A stretch of DNA of 29,274 nucleotides from Elusimicrobiales bacterium (GTDB taxonomy: Bacteria; Elusimicrobiota; Elusimicrobia; Elusimicrobiales; UBA9959), in NCBI GenBank assembly GCA_049972095.1, contig JBMFKQ010000022.1:1-29274 (forward strand). Reading direction: 5' to 3'. Shown here one piece after another: positions 8,459-17,822 of this stretch (position 1 is its first letter; each line of letters starts with the position of its first letter). The notes below the pieces were generated by a model that saw nothing but the letters and a program-made list of their open reading frames with translations, ran no database searches and was not told where the DNA came from. The position numbers and the translations under genes are program-made.

Positions 8459-10966
8459 CTATTTTACAACAAAGTTAACAAGTCTATTCGCAACATATAT
8501 AAACTTTACGACTTTTTTACCTTCAAGATGCCTTGAGACCTCCTGCTCAGCCTTCTTTCTTACATCCGCCTCATCAGATGATTGAGGCATATATATTCTT
8601 CCCCTAAGCTTGCCGTTGATCTGAATAGCGATTTCAACTTTCTTTTCTTTAAGAATGTTTTCATCATACGCTGGCCATTTTTCCTTAAGCAAGAAATCGT
8701 TTTTTCCATATCTCTGCCATATCTCTTCAGTTATATGAGGAGCGAAAGGATGCAGGAGTTTTATGAATATTTCAAAATCTGTTTTTGATTTTGTTTTTGA
8801 TATCTCATTAAAGTATGTCATAAGCTGTGAGATTGCAGTGTTCAGTCGCAGTTTTTCTATGTCTGAGCTTACCTTTTTTATTGTTTCATTCCTGAGGATT
8901 AAGAATTCTTTTGATAGTTGTTCATCTCTCAGATTTGGCATAACATCAACTGCCCAAAACCACACTCTTTTGAGAAATCTATAAACTCCCTCTATTGCTC
9001 TTGTATCCCATGGTTTTGAATCCTCGAGGGGTCCCATAAACATCTCATACATTCTGAAAGTGTCTGCACCATATTTTTTAAGTATCTCATCGGGGTTTAT
9101 AACATTCTTTTTTGATTTCGACATCTTTTCAACTATTGGAGTTATTTTCTCTCCATCCTTTGTGATTGCTGTTCCATTAGGTTCAAATGTAAGTTCGTTA
9201 TATGGATGATAAATCCCTCTTGAGTCGCGATATGCATAGGATAAAATCATTCCCTGATGAACAAGTTTTTTAAATGGCTCTGGTGTTGAGACAACCCCAA
9301 TATCATAAAGAAATTTATGCCAGAATCTTGCATAAAGAAGATGAAGCACTGCATGTTCTGAACCACCAACATATAGATCCACAGGCATCCAGAGCTTTTC
9401 AAGTTCTTTATCAACTAATGAATTTGGATTTTTTGGATCTATGTATCTTAGATAATACCAGCATGAGCCAGCCCATTGTGGCATTGTGTTTGTTTCTCTT
9501 TTCGCATTGCCATTGCATCTTGGACATTTCGTATTAACCCAGCTTTCAAGAAGTGCAAGCGGTGATTCTCCTGTTCCGCTTGGTTGGTATTTTTCAAGGG
9601 GTGGAAGAAGAAGAGGCAGTTCTTTTTCGCTAAGAGCAACTATGCCGCATTTCTCACAATGAACAACAGGAATTGGCTCTCCCCAGTATCTCTGCCTTGA
9701 GAATACCCAATCCCTTAGCTTGTAATTTATCTTTCTCTTGCCAATTCCTTTTTCTTCAAGATATTCTATCATTCTTTCTTTAGCCAAGGGTGTGGGAAGA
9801 TCGTTTAGGATTGATGAGTTGAAGTTTATTCCATCATCTGTGAAAGCCTTTGTTTTATCAAGCTCTTGTTCTTTAGGTTTTATAACCCATACTATTTCAA
9901 GATTAAATTTTTTTGCAAACTCAAAATCCCTTTCATCATGTGCAGGAACACCCATTATTGCGCCGGTTCCGTAGTTTGAAACTACATAGTCAGCAATCCA
10001 AATAGGTAGCTCTTTCAAATTTACTGGATTTAATGCAAAACTTCCTGTAAAAACACCTGTTTTTTCCTTATTTTCAATTCTTTCTCTCTCGCTTTTCCTC
10101 ATACTTTGCTGAATATATGATCTTACTTTGAGAAGCCTTGAAGGATGTGTTATTTTTTCTGCAAGCTCATGTTCTGGGGCAAGAACAAGGTATGTTACAC
10201 CATAGAGCGTATCTGGTCTTGTTGTGAAAACTTTTATTTTGATATCTGAATTTTTTAAAGGAAAAAAAATCTCAACACCTTCACTTTTCCCTATCCAGTT
10301 CTTCTGCATCTCTTTTGTTGAATATGGCCAATCAAGTTCATCAAGATCCTTTAATAATCTTTCTGCATATGCTGTTATCCTTAAAAGCCATTGTCTTAAT
10401 TTTTTCTTTTCAACATCACTTTGGCATCTTTCACATTTTCCGTTGAAAACCTCTTCATTGGCAAGTCCTGTTTTACATCTTGGACACCAGTTTATAGGTA
10501 TATTGTCAATATAAGCAAGATTGTGTTCGTAAAGTTTTAAGAATATCCACTGTGTCCATTTGTAGTAGTTTGGATCAGCTGTGTTTATTTCTCTTTCAAA
10601 ATCATATGAAAAGCCCAAAGATTTTATTTGCCTTCTAAAGTTATTTATGTTTTTTTCAGTTATGATTGCTGGATGTATTCTTTTTGACATTGCATAGTTT
10701 TCAGTAGGTAGGCCAAAGGCATCCCATCCTATAGGATGAAGGACATCATATCCATTCATTCTTTTATATCTGGATACTATGTCAGTTGCAGTGTATCCTT
10801 CAGGATGTCCAACATGAAGACCATCACCGCTTGGATAAGGAAACATATCAAGACAATAAATTTTTTTGCCTGATGGCTTTTGAGGTGTTTTGAAGAGATC
10901 GGATGAATACCATCTCTCCTGTTGTTTTCTGTCTATATCAACAAAGTTTATATCTTTAGTTTTCAT
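8459..10966 (-). CDS. leuS: Leucine--tRNA ligase
   Basis: MFPYPSGDGLHVGH (HIGH motif), FTTRPDT editing domain, RDWVFSRQRYWGEP and KMSKS. Confidence 0.99.
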   Translation of the reverse strand: MKTKDINFVDIDRKQQERWYSSDLFKTPQKPSGKKIYCLDMFPYPSGDGLHVGHPEGYTATDIVSRYKRMNGYDVLHPIGWDAFGLPTENYAMSKRIHPAIITEKNINNFRRQIKSLGFSYDFEREINTADPNYYKWTQWIFLKLYEHNLAYIDNIPINWCPRCKTGLANEEVFNGKCERCQSDVEKKKLRQWLLRITAYAERLLKDLDELDWPYSTKEMQKNWIGKSEGVEIFFPLKNSDIKIKVFTTRPDTLYGVTYLVLAPEHELAEKITHPSRLLKVRSYIQQSMRKSERERIENKEKTGVFTGSFALNPVNLKELPIWIADYVVSNYGTGAIMGVPAHDERDFEFAKKFNLEIVWVIKPKEQELDKTKAFTDDGINFNSSILNDLPTPLAKERMIEYLEEKGIGKRKINYKLRDWVFSRQRYWGEPIPVVHCEKCGIVALSEKELPLLLPPLEKYQPSGTGESPLALLESWVNTKCPRCNGNAKRETNTMPQWAGSCWYYLRYIDPKNPNSLVDKELEKLWMPVDLYVGGSEHAVLHLLYARFWHKFLYDIGVVSTPEPFKKLVHQGMILSYAYRDSRGIYHPYNELTFEPNGTAITKDGEKITPIVEKMSKSKKNVINPDEILKKYGADTFRMYEMFMGPLEDSKPWDTRAIEGVYRFLKRVWFWAVDVMPNLRDEQLSKEFLILRNETIKKVSSDIEKLRLNTAISQLMTYFNEISKTKSKTDFEIFIKLLHPFAPHITEEIWQRYGKNDFLLKEKWPAYDENILKEKKVEIAIQINGKLRGRIYMPQSSDEADVRKKAEQEVSRHLEGKKVVKFIYVANRLVNFVVK

Positions 10967-10985
10967 ATAACTCTCCTCAAATATT

Positions 10986-11417
10986 TTATAAAAGTTTTTT
11001 TAGATTTAATAAGGTCAACCTGCTCATTTTTTTAAACTCATCCTTTTTTTTGTCATCAATCCCTTTAAGGTGAAGAAATGAATGTGTTATAAGTATAAGT
11101 AACTCACATTCATAAGATAGATTAAAGAATCTCGAATTTTCTCTTGCTATATCAGTGCATATAAATACCTCTGCGACTTTATTGACAGAGGGATAAGGGT
11201 ATGTAAGGGTTATTACATCTGTTGGATTTTTTTTGTTGAAGATCTTGGTGTTTATTTCGGTTATTCTTTTTTTCCCAACAAAATTCAACTGAACCTCTGC
11301 AAAGTCTTGAGGGATGATTGATAAGGCAAGTTTTTTTATCTCTTTTTTTAGGAAATTAGGAATTTCATTTTCTTCATTGATGATGAGCTTCGTTTTTTTC
11401 CCACTCTTCATATGCAT
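10986..11417 (-). CDS. ybeY: rRNA maturation endoribonuclease YbeY
   Basis: PTDVITL and THSFLHLKGIDD (variant of HxxxHxxGxDH); directly downstream of phoH. Exact start uncertain (11417 or 11411). Confidence 0.85.
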   Translation of the reverse strand: MHMKSGKKTKLIINEENEIPNFLKKEIKKLALSIIPQDFAEVQLNFVGKKRITEINTKIFNKKNPTDVITLTYPYPSVNKVAEVFICTDIARENSRFFNLSYECELLILITHSFLHLKGIDDKKKDEFKKMSRLTLLNLKKLL

Positions 11418-12333
11418 CTACTATCTTTGAGACAATTGGGTGTCTTACTATATCTGTCTTGTTAAGATGAATTATTTTTATCTCTTTAATGTTTTTAAGT
11501 ATTTTAAGCAATGTTAAAAGTCCTGAGGTATGTTTTTCTTTTAGATCAATCTGTGTAATGTCTCCCGTTATTACTATCTTTGAATTAAGCCCCATTCTTG
11601 TTAAAAACATCTTCATTTGAAGAATTGTAGTGTTTTGGGCTTCATCAAGTATTATGAATGCGTTTTCAAGTGTTCTTCCTCTCATATAGGCAAGGGGAAG
11701 GGATTCTATTATTTGTTCTTCCTTATATATCTGGAATTTTTCAGGTCCAAGCAGATTGTAGAAGTTGTCGTAGACAGGTTTAAGGTAAGGATTGACCTTC
11801 TCATCTATATCACCCGGAAGAAAACCAAGTCTTTCTCCTGATTCAACTATCGGTCTTGTAACAACTATCTTTCTTACAAGCTTTTCTTTTAAAAATCTAA
11901 GTGCTACAGCTGTTGCAATAAATGTTTTACCAGTTCCTGCAGGCCCAATGGCTATGACTATATCGTTCTCTTCCATAAGCTTAACATATCTCTTTTGATT
12001 TGAAGTTTTTGGTTTTATAATCTCACCAAATTCAGTTCTATATATAACATCATCATGTGTAATTTCTTCAAAGACTTGCATATTATCAGTGTTGTCTTTT
12101 TCTTTCTTAGTTTCGTAATATCTTGAAAGAACGCTGTTTATTCTATGGATTGCTCTATCAACATCCCTTGTTTTACCAGTTAATAAAAGAACAAGCCCTG
12201 AATCTGACTCATTATGAGATATATTTATTGATATTTTAAATTCTTTTTCCATTTCTCTTAAATATACATCCTGAGGGCCAAGTACAAGAAGTGCCTCTTC
12301 AGTATTTAAAAGCCTTATTCTTTTTGTTATCAT
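11374..12333 (-). CDS. phoH: PhoH family ATPase (YbeZ-like)
   Basis: GPAGTGKT, ERLGFLPGD, LAYMRGRT, DEAQN, ITGDITQIDL and DIVRHP. Start set at ATG 12333 (SD GGAG, ATGA overlap with the upstream stop). Confidence 0.95.
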   Translation of the reverse strand: MITKRIRLLNTEEALLVLGPQDVYLREMEKEFKISINISHNESDSGLVLLLTGKTRDVDRAIHRINSVLSRYYETKKEKDNTDNMQVFEEITHDDVIYRTEFGEIIKPKTSNQKRYVKLMEENDIVIAIGPAGTGKTFIATAVALRFLKEKLVRKIVVTRPIVESGERLGFLPGDIDEKVNPYLKPVYDNFYNLLGPEKFQIYKEEQIIESLPLAYMRGRTLENAFIILDEAQNTTILQMKMFLTRMGLNSKIVITGDITQIDLKEKHTSGLLTLLKILKNIKEIKIIHLNKTDIVRHPIVSKIVDAYEEWEKNEAHHQ

Positions 12334-14336
12334 ATTTTCTCCATATAAAGTAGTATTTTCCACATAACACATTCAAGTGCTGAACCTTTTATTGCTGATT
12401 TGAGTTCATCCAGCTTAGAATAGTTTTTTGAAAGTGTTATCATCGTAAGTGCGATCTCATAAGCAAAAGGGAGTGTGTGAGCTATCCCACTTTTAAGAAG
12501 ATTTATGTAGCTGTAGATTATATCGTTTGCCATGGTTGAGTTTGAAAGAAGATAGAAAAACCTTTTGGCATTCTGATCCTGTGGTTTATGTGATGTGAGA
12601 ATTCTTATAAGGCTTGTAGTTTTGGCTGAAAGATCGTTGAGGGTGAAAATTTTTTCTTCTTCTGACTTTTCTCTTTTTATCTTCATTAGTACAACAGATT
12701 TTTCCTCTATTATTTTCAGTTGAAAGGTTTCTGATGCAAGTGTGTGTATATCACAAGCGTTTATTATATATAGTGAGTTGGGATAAGTGTTTATTTTTAT
12801 CCTAAGGTGTGATGGAATAAAATTTATATGGAAGCCAAGATGATGAAGATATACATTTTCGCATATATATCTCATCAATGATGTTTCAGACTCCTTAATC
12901 ATCCCATCAATCATCTCATCAACATCTATAATAAAGTTTGATTTTTCTTTCTTTAGCATATCTACCACTTCGTTGAAAACCTTAATGTTTCCAAATTGAT
13001 TTTCTACTGCTGTTTTAAGAACATAAAGTATATTTCTTATGTTATTTTTTGCTTCACTGCCTGTTATGTCGTCAAAAAAGAAACCACAGCTTGTTTTTGT
13101 AAATGATGATGCAACCTCCATTTTCATAAGTTTAAGTATTGTTGATGCCTGAGCATGGTTAATTCCGCTAAGCGAGTTTTTTTCAAGGAATAACATAATC
13201 TGGTGTGGTTGTGGATTTTCATAAAGAGTTATATAGTTTTCAAGAGCAAGCATAGGATTTGAAATAAACCCTGTGGCATTTGAGTGATATGTTCTATGAG
13301 ATAGCTCGCATATAATCTCTGATGCTTTTTTGAGTGTTTTTCTCCATTTTTGATAAACTGCATTTTGATTTATCCTACATCCACATTCATTACTCCATCT
13401 TTCTATGCCATGAGGACAAGACCAGGATGTGTTTTCCTTTATATTAACCTCATACTCTGGCTGTAAGGTGTGGTATATGGTTGAAAGGTTTGAAAGCTCT
13501 ATATCTTTTGATGCTTTAATTTTTTCAATAAACCTTACAAGGTATTCATCTCCGTTTTTTATATGATGGCCATAGTTTTCCCCATCTGATGCAATCATTA
13601 AAAAATTCCTTTCTTCAAAAGTATTTTTAACCCTGATTAAAAATTTTTCTATATTGTATATCTCTCTAAAAAAGTATTTTGAAAGCTGTGAATTATAAAC
13701 AAATATTGTAAGTTTCTTTTGAGGATCTTCTTTCGAACTCCATAGATAAACACCGCTTTTCACTGACTCAAGTTTTTTATTAGCATCGTTTATGCTCCAT
13801 GCCTCTTTTATTTGATGATCTGCAAGAATTGTAAATTTAATGCCACAATGAACAAGAACCTCAAGGGTTTCACTGTCGCATGCTGTCTCAGCTAACCACA
13901 TTCCTTCAGGCTGTCTATGGAATGTTCTTTTAAAGCTTTCTATACCCCATCTCACATAAAGCTTTTTTTCCCTAAGACTTAGATGAGGCATTATTGCATG
14001 ATTATAAACTTGTGCAATGGCTGATGGGTATCCAAATATCTTTTCTGATATTCTATCTGAGTTGATTATTGATATGTAAAGTTTTGGATATCTTTCTTCA
14101 ATATATTTGAGAAGTGTGGGTCCAAAGTTAAAACTGAGAAATGAGTATGTTGAGAAAAAATCATCTCTATGTCTTACCCTTGCAAGAGCAAGAGGTCCAT
14201 AGCATTGATCTGTTATTATCTGATTGTATGAGGAATGAAGACTGTTAGTTTCTTCAACAACCTCACCTGTCCATGGATTATGTCTTGGTGGCTGATAAAA
14301 GTGAGCATGTATTACAAACTTTTTTTTTACTCCCAT
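12330..14336 (-). CDS. Glycoside hydrolase family 57 / DUF3536 protein (glycogen metabolism)
   Basis: HAHFYQPPRHNPW, SFNFGPTLL, GMWLAE (nucleophile), DGENYGHH and SWSCPHGIERW; coupled to glgC. Confidence 0.88.
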   Translation of the reverse strand: MGVKKKFVIHAHFYQPPRHNPWTGEVVEETNSLHSSYNQIITDQCYGPLALARVRHRDDFFSTYSFLSFNFGPTLLKYIEERYPKLYISIINSDRISEKIFGYPSAIAQVYNHAIMPHLSLREKKLYVRWGIESFKRTFHRQPEGMWLAETACDSETLEVLVHCGIKFTILADHQIKEAWSINDANKKLESVKSGVYLWSSKEDPQKKLTIFVYNSQLSKYFFREIYNIEKFLIRVKNTFEERNFLMIASDGENYGHHIKNGDEYLVRFIEKIKASKDIELSNLSTIYHTLQPEYEVNIKENTSWSCPHGIERWSNECGCRINQNAVYQKWRKTLKKASEIICELSHRTYHSNATGFISNPMLALENYITLYENPQPHQIMLFLEKNSLSGINHAQASTILKLMKMEVASSFTKTSCGFFFDDITGSEAKNNIRNILYVLKTAVENQFGNIKVFNEVVDMLKKEKSNFIIDVDEMIDGMIKESETSLMRYICENVYLHHLGFHINFIPSHLRIKINTYPNSLYIINACDIHTLASETFQLKIIEEKSVVLMKIKREKSEEEKIFTLNDLSAKTTSLIRILTSHKPQDQNAKRFFYLLSNSTMANDIIYSYINLLKSGIAHTLPFAYEIALTMITLSKNYSKLDELKSAIKGSALECVMWKILLYMEKI

Positions 14337-15532
14337 TTTGAGATGCCTCTTGGTATAACAACAATACCTGATGGATCTATAAAGTAATGTTGAGCATCTT
14401 TCGATGGATTGTATCCTATTACAGTTTTTGGCTCAAATGTATTGTACCTATCTACTATAACCCTCTTTAACCTTGAGCCAGCTTTTACCTCGCAATTGTC
14501 CATTATTATACAATCTGAAAGCTCACATTTTTCATGTATTATGACATTAGATGATATTACACATCTCTTGATCGAGGATTTTAGTATCACAGAGCCATCA
14601 CATATAAGGCTGTCTTCAATATTTGATTGTATTATCTTTGCAGGACCTGATAGGAATTTCTGAGATATTATAGGCCATTTCGGATTATTGAGGTCCATCT
14701 TAGGTTGAGGACCCAGAAGATCCATATGAGCCTCGAAGTATGACTGTATGGTTCCAACATCTCTCCAGTAATTTGCTTCTTCATATTTTTTTATTCCTGT
14801 AAGTTTGTGTTTTGAGTAATTGTAGGCAAAAAGTCTGTAGTCTTTATATATCTGAGGTAGGATCGTTTTTCCGAAGTCAGCATTTTCGCTATCACCATAT
14901 TCATGCATAACTTTTCTCAAGACATCAAAGCTAAATATATAATTTCCCATCGATGCATAGACATGTTGTGGGTCTGATGGAAGAGGTTTTGGATTTTTAG
15001 GTTTTTCCTCAAAACCAATAATTCTATCGTTTTCATCAGCGGTTATAATACCGAATCTTGAGGCTTCGCTTACAGGAACGGTTATTGCACTTATGGTTAC
15101 ATCAGCTTTTTTTTGTATATGAAAATCTATCATCTGTCTTATGTCCATTCTATATATATGATCAGCTCCAAAAATGGCTACAAGATCTGGTGAGTAGTCA
15201 ATTATAAGGTTGAGGTTTTGTTTAACTGCATCAGCTGTTCCTTTATACCACATTTCTCCAAGCCTCATTTGAGGAGGAACAACCGTTATGAAGTGATCCT
15301 TTGTGACGCTTGAATAAGCCCAGTTCTGCCTTATGTGTTCTATGAGTGATTGAGATAGATATTGTACAAGAACATAGTTTGCATATATAGCTGAGTTTAT
15401 AAAATTTGATAGGACAAAATCTATTATTCTGTATTTTCCTGCAAAAGGAACAGCAGGCTTTGATCTCTCCTTGGTAAGTGGATAGAGTCTTTCCCCCTTT
15501 CCTCCTGCCATTATTATGCCTATTGTTCTCAT
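14327..15532 (-). CDS. glgC: Glucose-1-phosphate adenylyltransferase
   Basis: MAGGKGERLYPLTKERSKPAVPFAGKYRIIDF, WYKGTADAV, FEEKP, ASMGNYIF and YWRDVGT. Confidence 0.97.
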   Translation of the reverse strand: MRTIGIIMAGGKGERLYPLTKERSKPAVPFAGKYRIIDFVLSNFINSAIYANYVLVQYLSQSLIEHIRQNWAYSSVTKDHFITVVPPQMRLGEMWYKGTADAVKQNLNLIIDYSPDLVAIFGADHIYRMDIRQMIDFHIQKKADVTISAITVPVSEASRFGIITADENDRIIGFEEKPKNPKPLPSDPQHVYASMGNYIFSFDVLRKVMHEYGDSENADFGKTILPQIYKDYRLFAYNYSKHKLTGIKKYEEANYWRDVGTIQSYFEAHMDLLGPQPKMDLNNPKWPIISQKFLSGPAKIIQSNIEDSLICDGSVILKSSIKRCVISSNVIIHEKCELSDCIIMDNCEVKAGSRLKRVIVDRYNTFEPKTVIGYNPSKDAQHYFIDPSGIVVIPRGISKWE

Positions 15533-15542
15533 ATATCCTCTT

Positions 15543-16199
15543 TCAGCCTAGGGTATCAAGAATGTATCTAAGATCCTTTCCTATACATAGAAATACAGGC
15601 TTATCTGAAAGTGTATAGCTTTTATTTTTAAGTTTTTTAAGCTCATAAGTGCAGTCTATTAGCTTTTCAAGATCCTTTGACTCTCTTGCAACTATCATAT
15701 CCTGGTCATCTATTCCAAAGGATTTAAAGATGGTTTCCTTTATCTGTGGATATTTTTCAATTATACCTTTTCTTTCATCCATCAGCTTTTTTCTTTCATC
15801 ATCACTAAGCTCATACCATCTCTGATTTTTTATCAGGGGGTGAAGTAAAAGGTATGGATATACTCCTATCTTTGTGTTTATCTCTTCAAGCTCTGAGTTG
15901 AAATCAGCATAGCCTATATATGTATATCTTATCTCCATAAATCTTCCTACCCCTGCTGAAAATGTCTTTGTGCATATCTCTTGAAGAAAATCAACAGAGT
16001 TATGCATCCTCCACATAAGTATGTCGCAGTCCTCTTTTAGATTGCTAACAGCATATGTTCTTAAGAAAATCCTTTCCTGACAGTTCGCAATAGCATCCTC
16101 AAACTCCTGTTTTAGTGCTATCTTTGAGTTAAGTTCAAGTCCTTTAAACTCATTTGACATCTTTAGAAATGTGAAGATTGAAAACAGCTTATTTGACAT
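15543..16199 (-). CDS. Chlorite dismutase / coproheme decarboxylase (Cld/ChdC) family protein, degenerate
   Basis: LRTYAVSNLKEDCDILMW and HPLIKNQRWYELSDDERKKLMDE...SFGIDDQD are family patterns. The proximal heme His position appears to be Arg. Confidence 0.75.
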   Translation of the reverse strand: MSNKLFSIFTFLKMSNEFKGLELNSKIALKQEFEDAIANCQERIFLRTYAVSNLKEDCDILMWRMHNSVDFLQEICTKTFSAGVGRFMEIRYTYIGYADFNSELEEINTKIGVYPYLLLHPLIKNQRWYELSDDERKKLMDERKGIIEKYPQIKETIFKSFGIDDQDMIVARESKDLEKLIDCTYELKKLKNKSYTLSDKPVFLCIGKDLRYILDTLG

Positions 16200-17013
16200 A
16201 GTTTGATATATCCTTTGTTATTTTAAGATAGTTTAGTTTGAAACTTATTATCTCCGTCTCATTCTCAGTTATTATACCCGGTTCAAGCTCAATGAGTAAA
16301 TATTTTTTACCAGCATATTCAAAGAGATCTGAGTTTGGGATAACCCTTGTAGCTGTTTTTGATGCAACAATTAATATACCTTTTACAGCCTCTCCAACCT
16401 TAAGCTGGGGTAAATTTTCAAAATCAAAGAAAAACCTCCACTTATTCTCCTGTTCTTTGATAAAATCTGTAAGAATAACCCTATATTTTTTGCCTGTCTG
16501 TGTTTCGATGATCCCATCAAGCCCAGCTATGGGGGTCATATAGAAAGGTTTTGTATTCTTTGCTATAACCCCCATCTTTCTTGCAAGTGTTACAAGCTTA
16601 TCTCCCTTTTTTACATAAGAGTTTTCAGAAATATGTATCTTTGTTATTATTCCATCTGAAGGAGCTTTTATATCTGAATATCTAAACATTTTTTTCCATC
16701 TTTTTAGTATGTCCTTTCTTTCCTCCTCATCCTTTGCTGTTCCTAAAAGTGCAGCCATTTCTCCTGTAACAACCCTCATAATAATGTCGGATGATTTTAC
16801 GATGTCAAAAAGTGAGGAATAGATAAAAGCAATACTTCCATCAAAATCAGCTCTTATGTCATATTCATCATGTGGATGAGTCACACCTGTAAAATCAACA
16901 TTAAGCTTGATTTCCTTTGTTTTTATCTCCTTCTCTTCAAGTGATAAGATAGGAAATATTATGGTGAAAGAAATAAGAAATAATAAGAATTTTTCTTTAG
17001 TTTTTTTTGCCAT
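16189..17013 (-). CDS. Periplasmic adaptor / membrane-fusion-protein-like (HlyD-like) protein
   Basis: N-terminal TM helix; split lipoyl/biotinyl halves IRADFDGSI and [26 protein letters not shown] flank a short helical hairpin. Confidence 0.65.
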   Translation of the reverse strand: MAKKTKEKFLLFLISFTIIFPILSLEEKEIKTKEIKLNVDFTGVTHPHDEYDIRADFDGSIAFIYSSLFDIVKSSDIIMRVVTGEMAALLGTAKDEEERKDILKRWKKMFRYSDIKAPSDGIITKIHISENSYVKKGDKLVTLARKMGVIAKNTKPFYMTPIAGLDGIIETQTGKKYRVILTDFIKEQENKWRFFFDFENLPQLKVGEAVKGILIVASKTATRVIPNSDLFEYAGKKYLLIELEPGIITENETEIISFKLNYLKITKDISNYVK

Positions 17014-17707
17014 ATATTCTGGTGAAGCTTTTCCATGTCCATGGCATCTTTTCCTTAAAGATATCAGCTATTGCCTGTGCATATACTCTAATTTCAAACT
17101 GAGCATGTTCGTCGAGTCTAAGTTTTAGAAAATTCAACAGGCTTCTTGCATTTACTGTCCAATAAAACTGGGTATATGAGGCGAGGGGAAGTACCATTCT
17201 TGCCATCTCTCTTGCAACTCCTTTTAATAAAAGCTTTTTATATACCTGATATGAATTTTCAATTGATTCTTCATAGATCTTTTTAAGCTCTGGATTATCA
17301 AGCTCTTGTGTTTCAATGGATCCTTGTTTATTTTTTACATCCTGAATTCTGAATCTTTCTGGTATATAGAATTCATCTTTCAGCTCAGTATATCTTGCAC
17401 TAAGCTCATTGTAAGAGCCCCATCTATGCCTCATCCACTGCCTTGCAACAAATATTGGGCATTTTATGTGAAACTGAAAAACAGAGTGTTCAAAGGGGGT
17501 AAGGTGTTCATGATTAAGGAGATATTCTATAAGTTTTTTATCTCTTTCTTCACCTTTGCTTTTCATATCAAAGCTGACTCTTGCGGCTGTAACAACTCTA
17601 TCATCCCCACCGGCAAAGTCCACAAGTTTGACAAAGCCTTTATCAAGAATTTTAAAAAAATATTCTTTGCTTTCCGTGGTTTTCATATCTTCCTCTTTTT
17701 GAATCAC
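16997..17707 (-). CDS. thyX: Flavin-dependent thymidylate synthase
   Basis: [26 protein letters not shown] (ThyX motif), REMARMVLP and HAQFEIR. The start may be ATG 17686 (SD GAGG). Confidence 0.97.
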   Translation of the reverse strand: MIQKEEDMKTTESKEYFFKILDKGFVKLVDFAGGDDRVVTAARVSFDMKSKGEERDKKLIEYLLNHEHLTPFEHSVFQFHIKCPIFVARQWMRHRWGSYNELSARYTELKDEFYIPERFRIQDVKNKQGSIETQELDNPELKKIYEESIENSYQVYKKLLLKGVAREMARMVLPLASYTQFYWTVNARSLLNFLKLRLDEHAQFEIRVYAQAIADIFKEKMPWTWKSFTRIYGKKN

Positions 17708-17789
17708 TTTTCTAATCTTTAAAATTTATATATACTTTATTTTAGCAAAATTTAACTTTAGATAGCCAGAAGAATTATGATCAAAAATA

Positions 17790-17810
17790 TTTGCTTATGG
17801 AATAAGCAAA
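17790..17810. promoter_or_regulatory. Perfect 9-bp inverted repeat immediately upstream of the nagZ RBS
   Basis: TTTGCTTAT-GGA-ATAAGCAAA, 3 nt before GGAGG (17814-17818). Confidence 0.5.
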
Positions 17811-17822
17811 AATGGAGGTCTG

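Noticed and set aside
11052..11085. YbeY third metal ligand His replaced by Asp (GIDD)
   Set aside because: Asp at this position is a variant I recognise from other lineages and can still bind metal, so it is not evidence of inactivation.
12334..12372. N-terminal extension of PhoH
   Set aside because: It lies inside the GH57 gene; ATG 12333 gives an SD and ATGA coupling.
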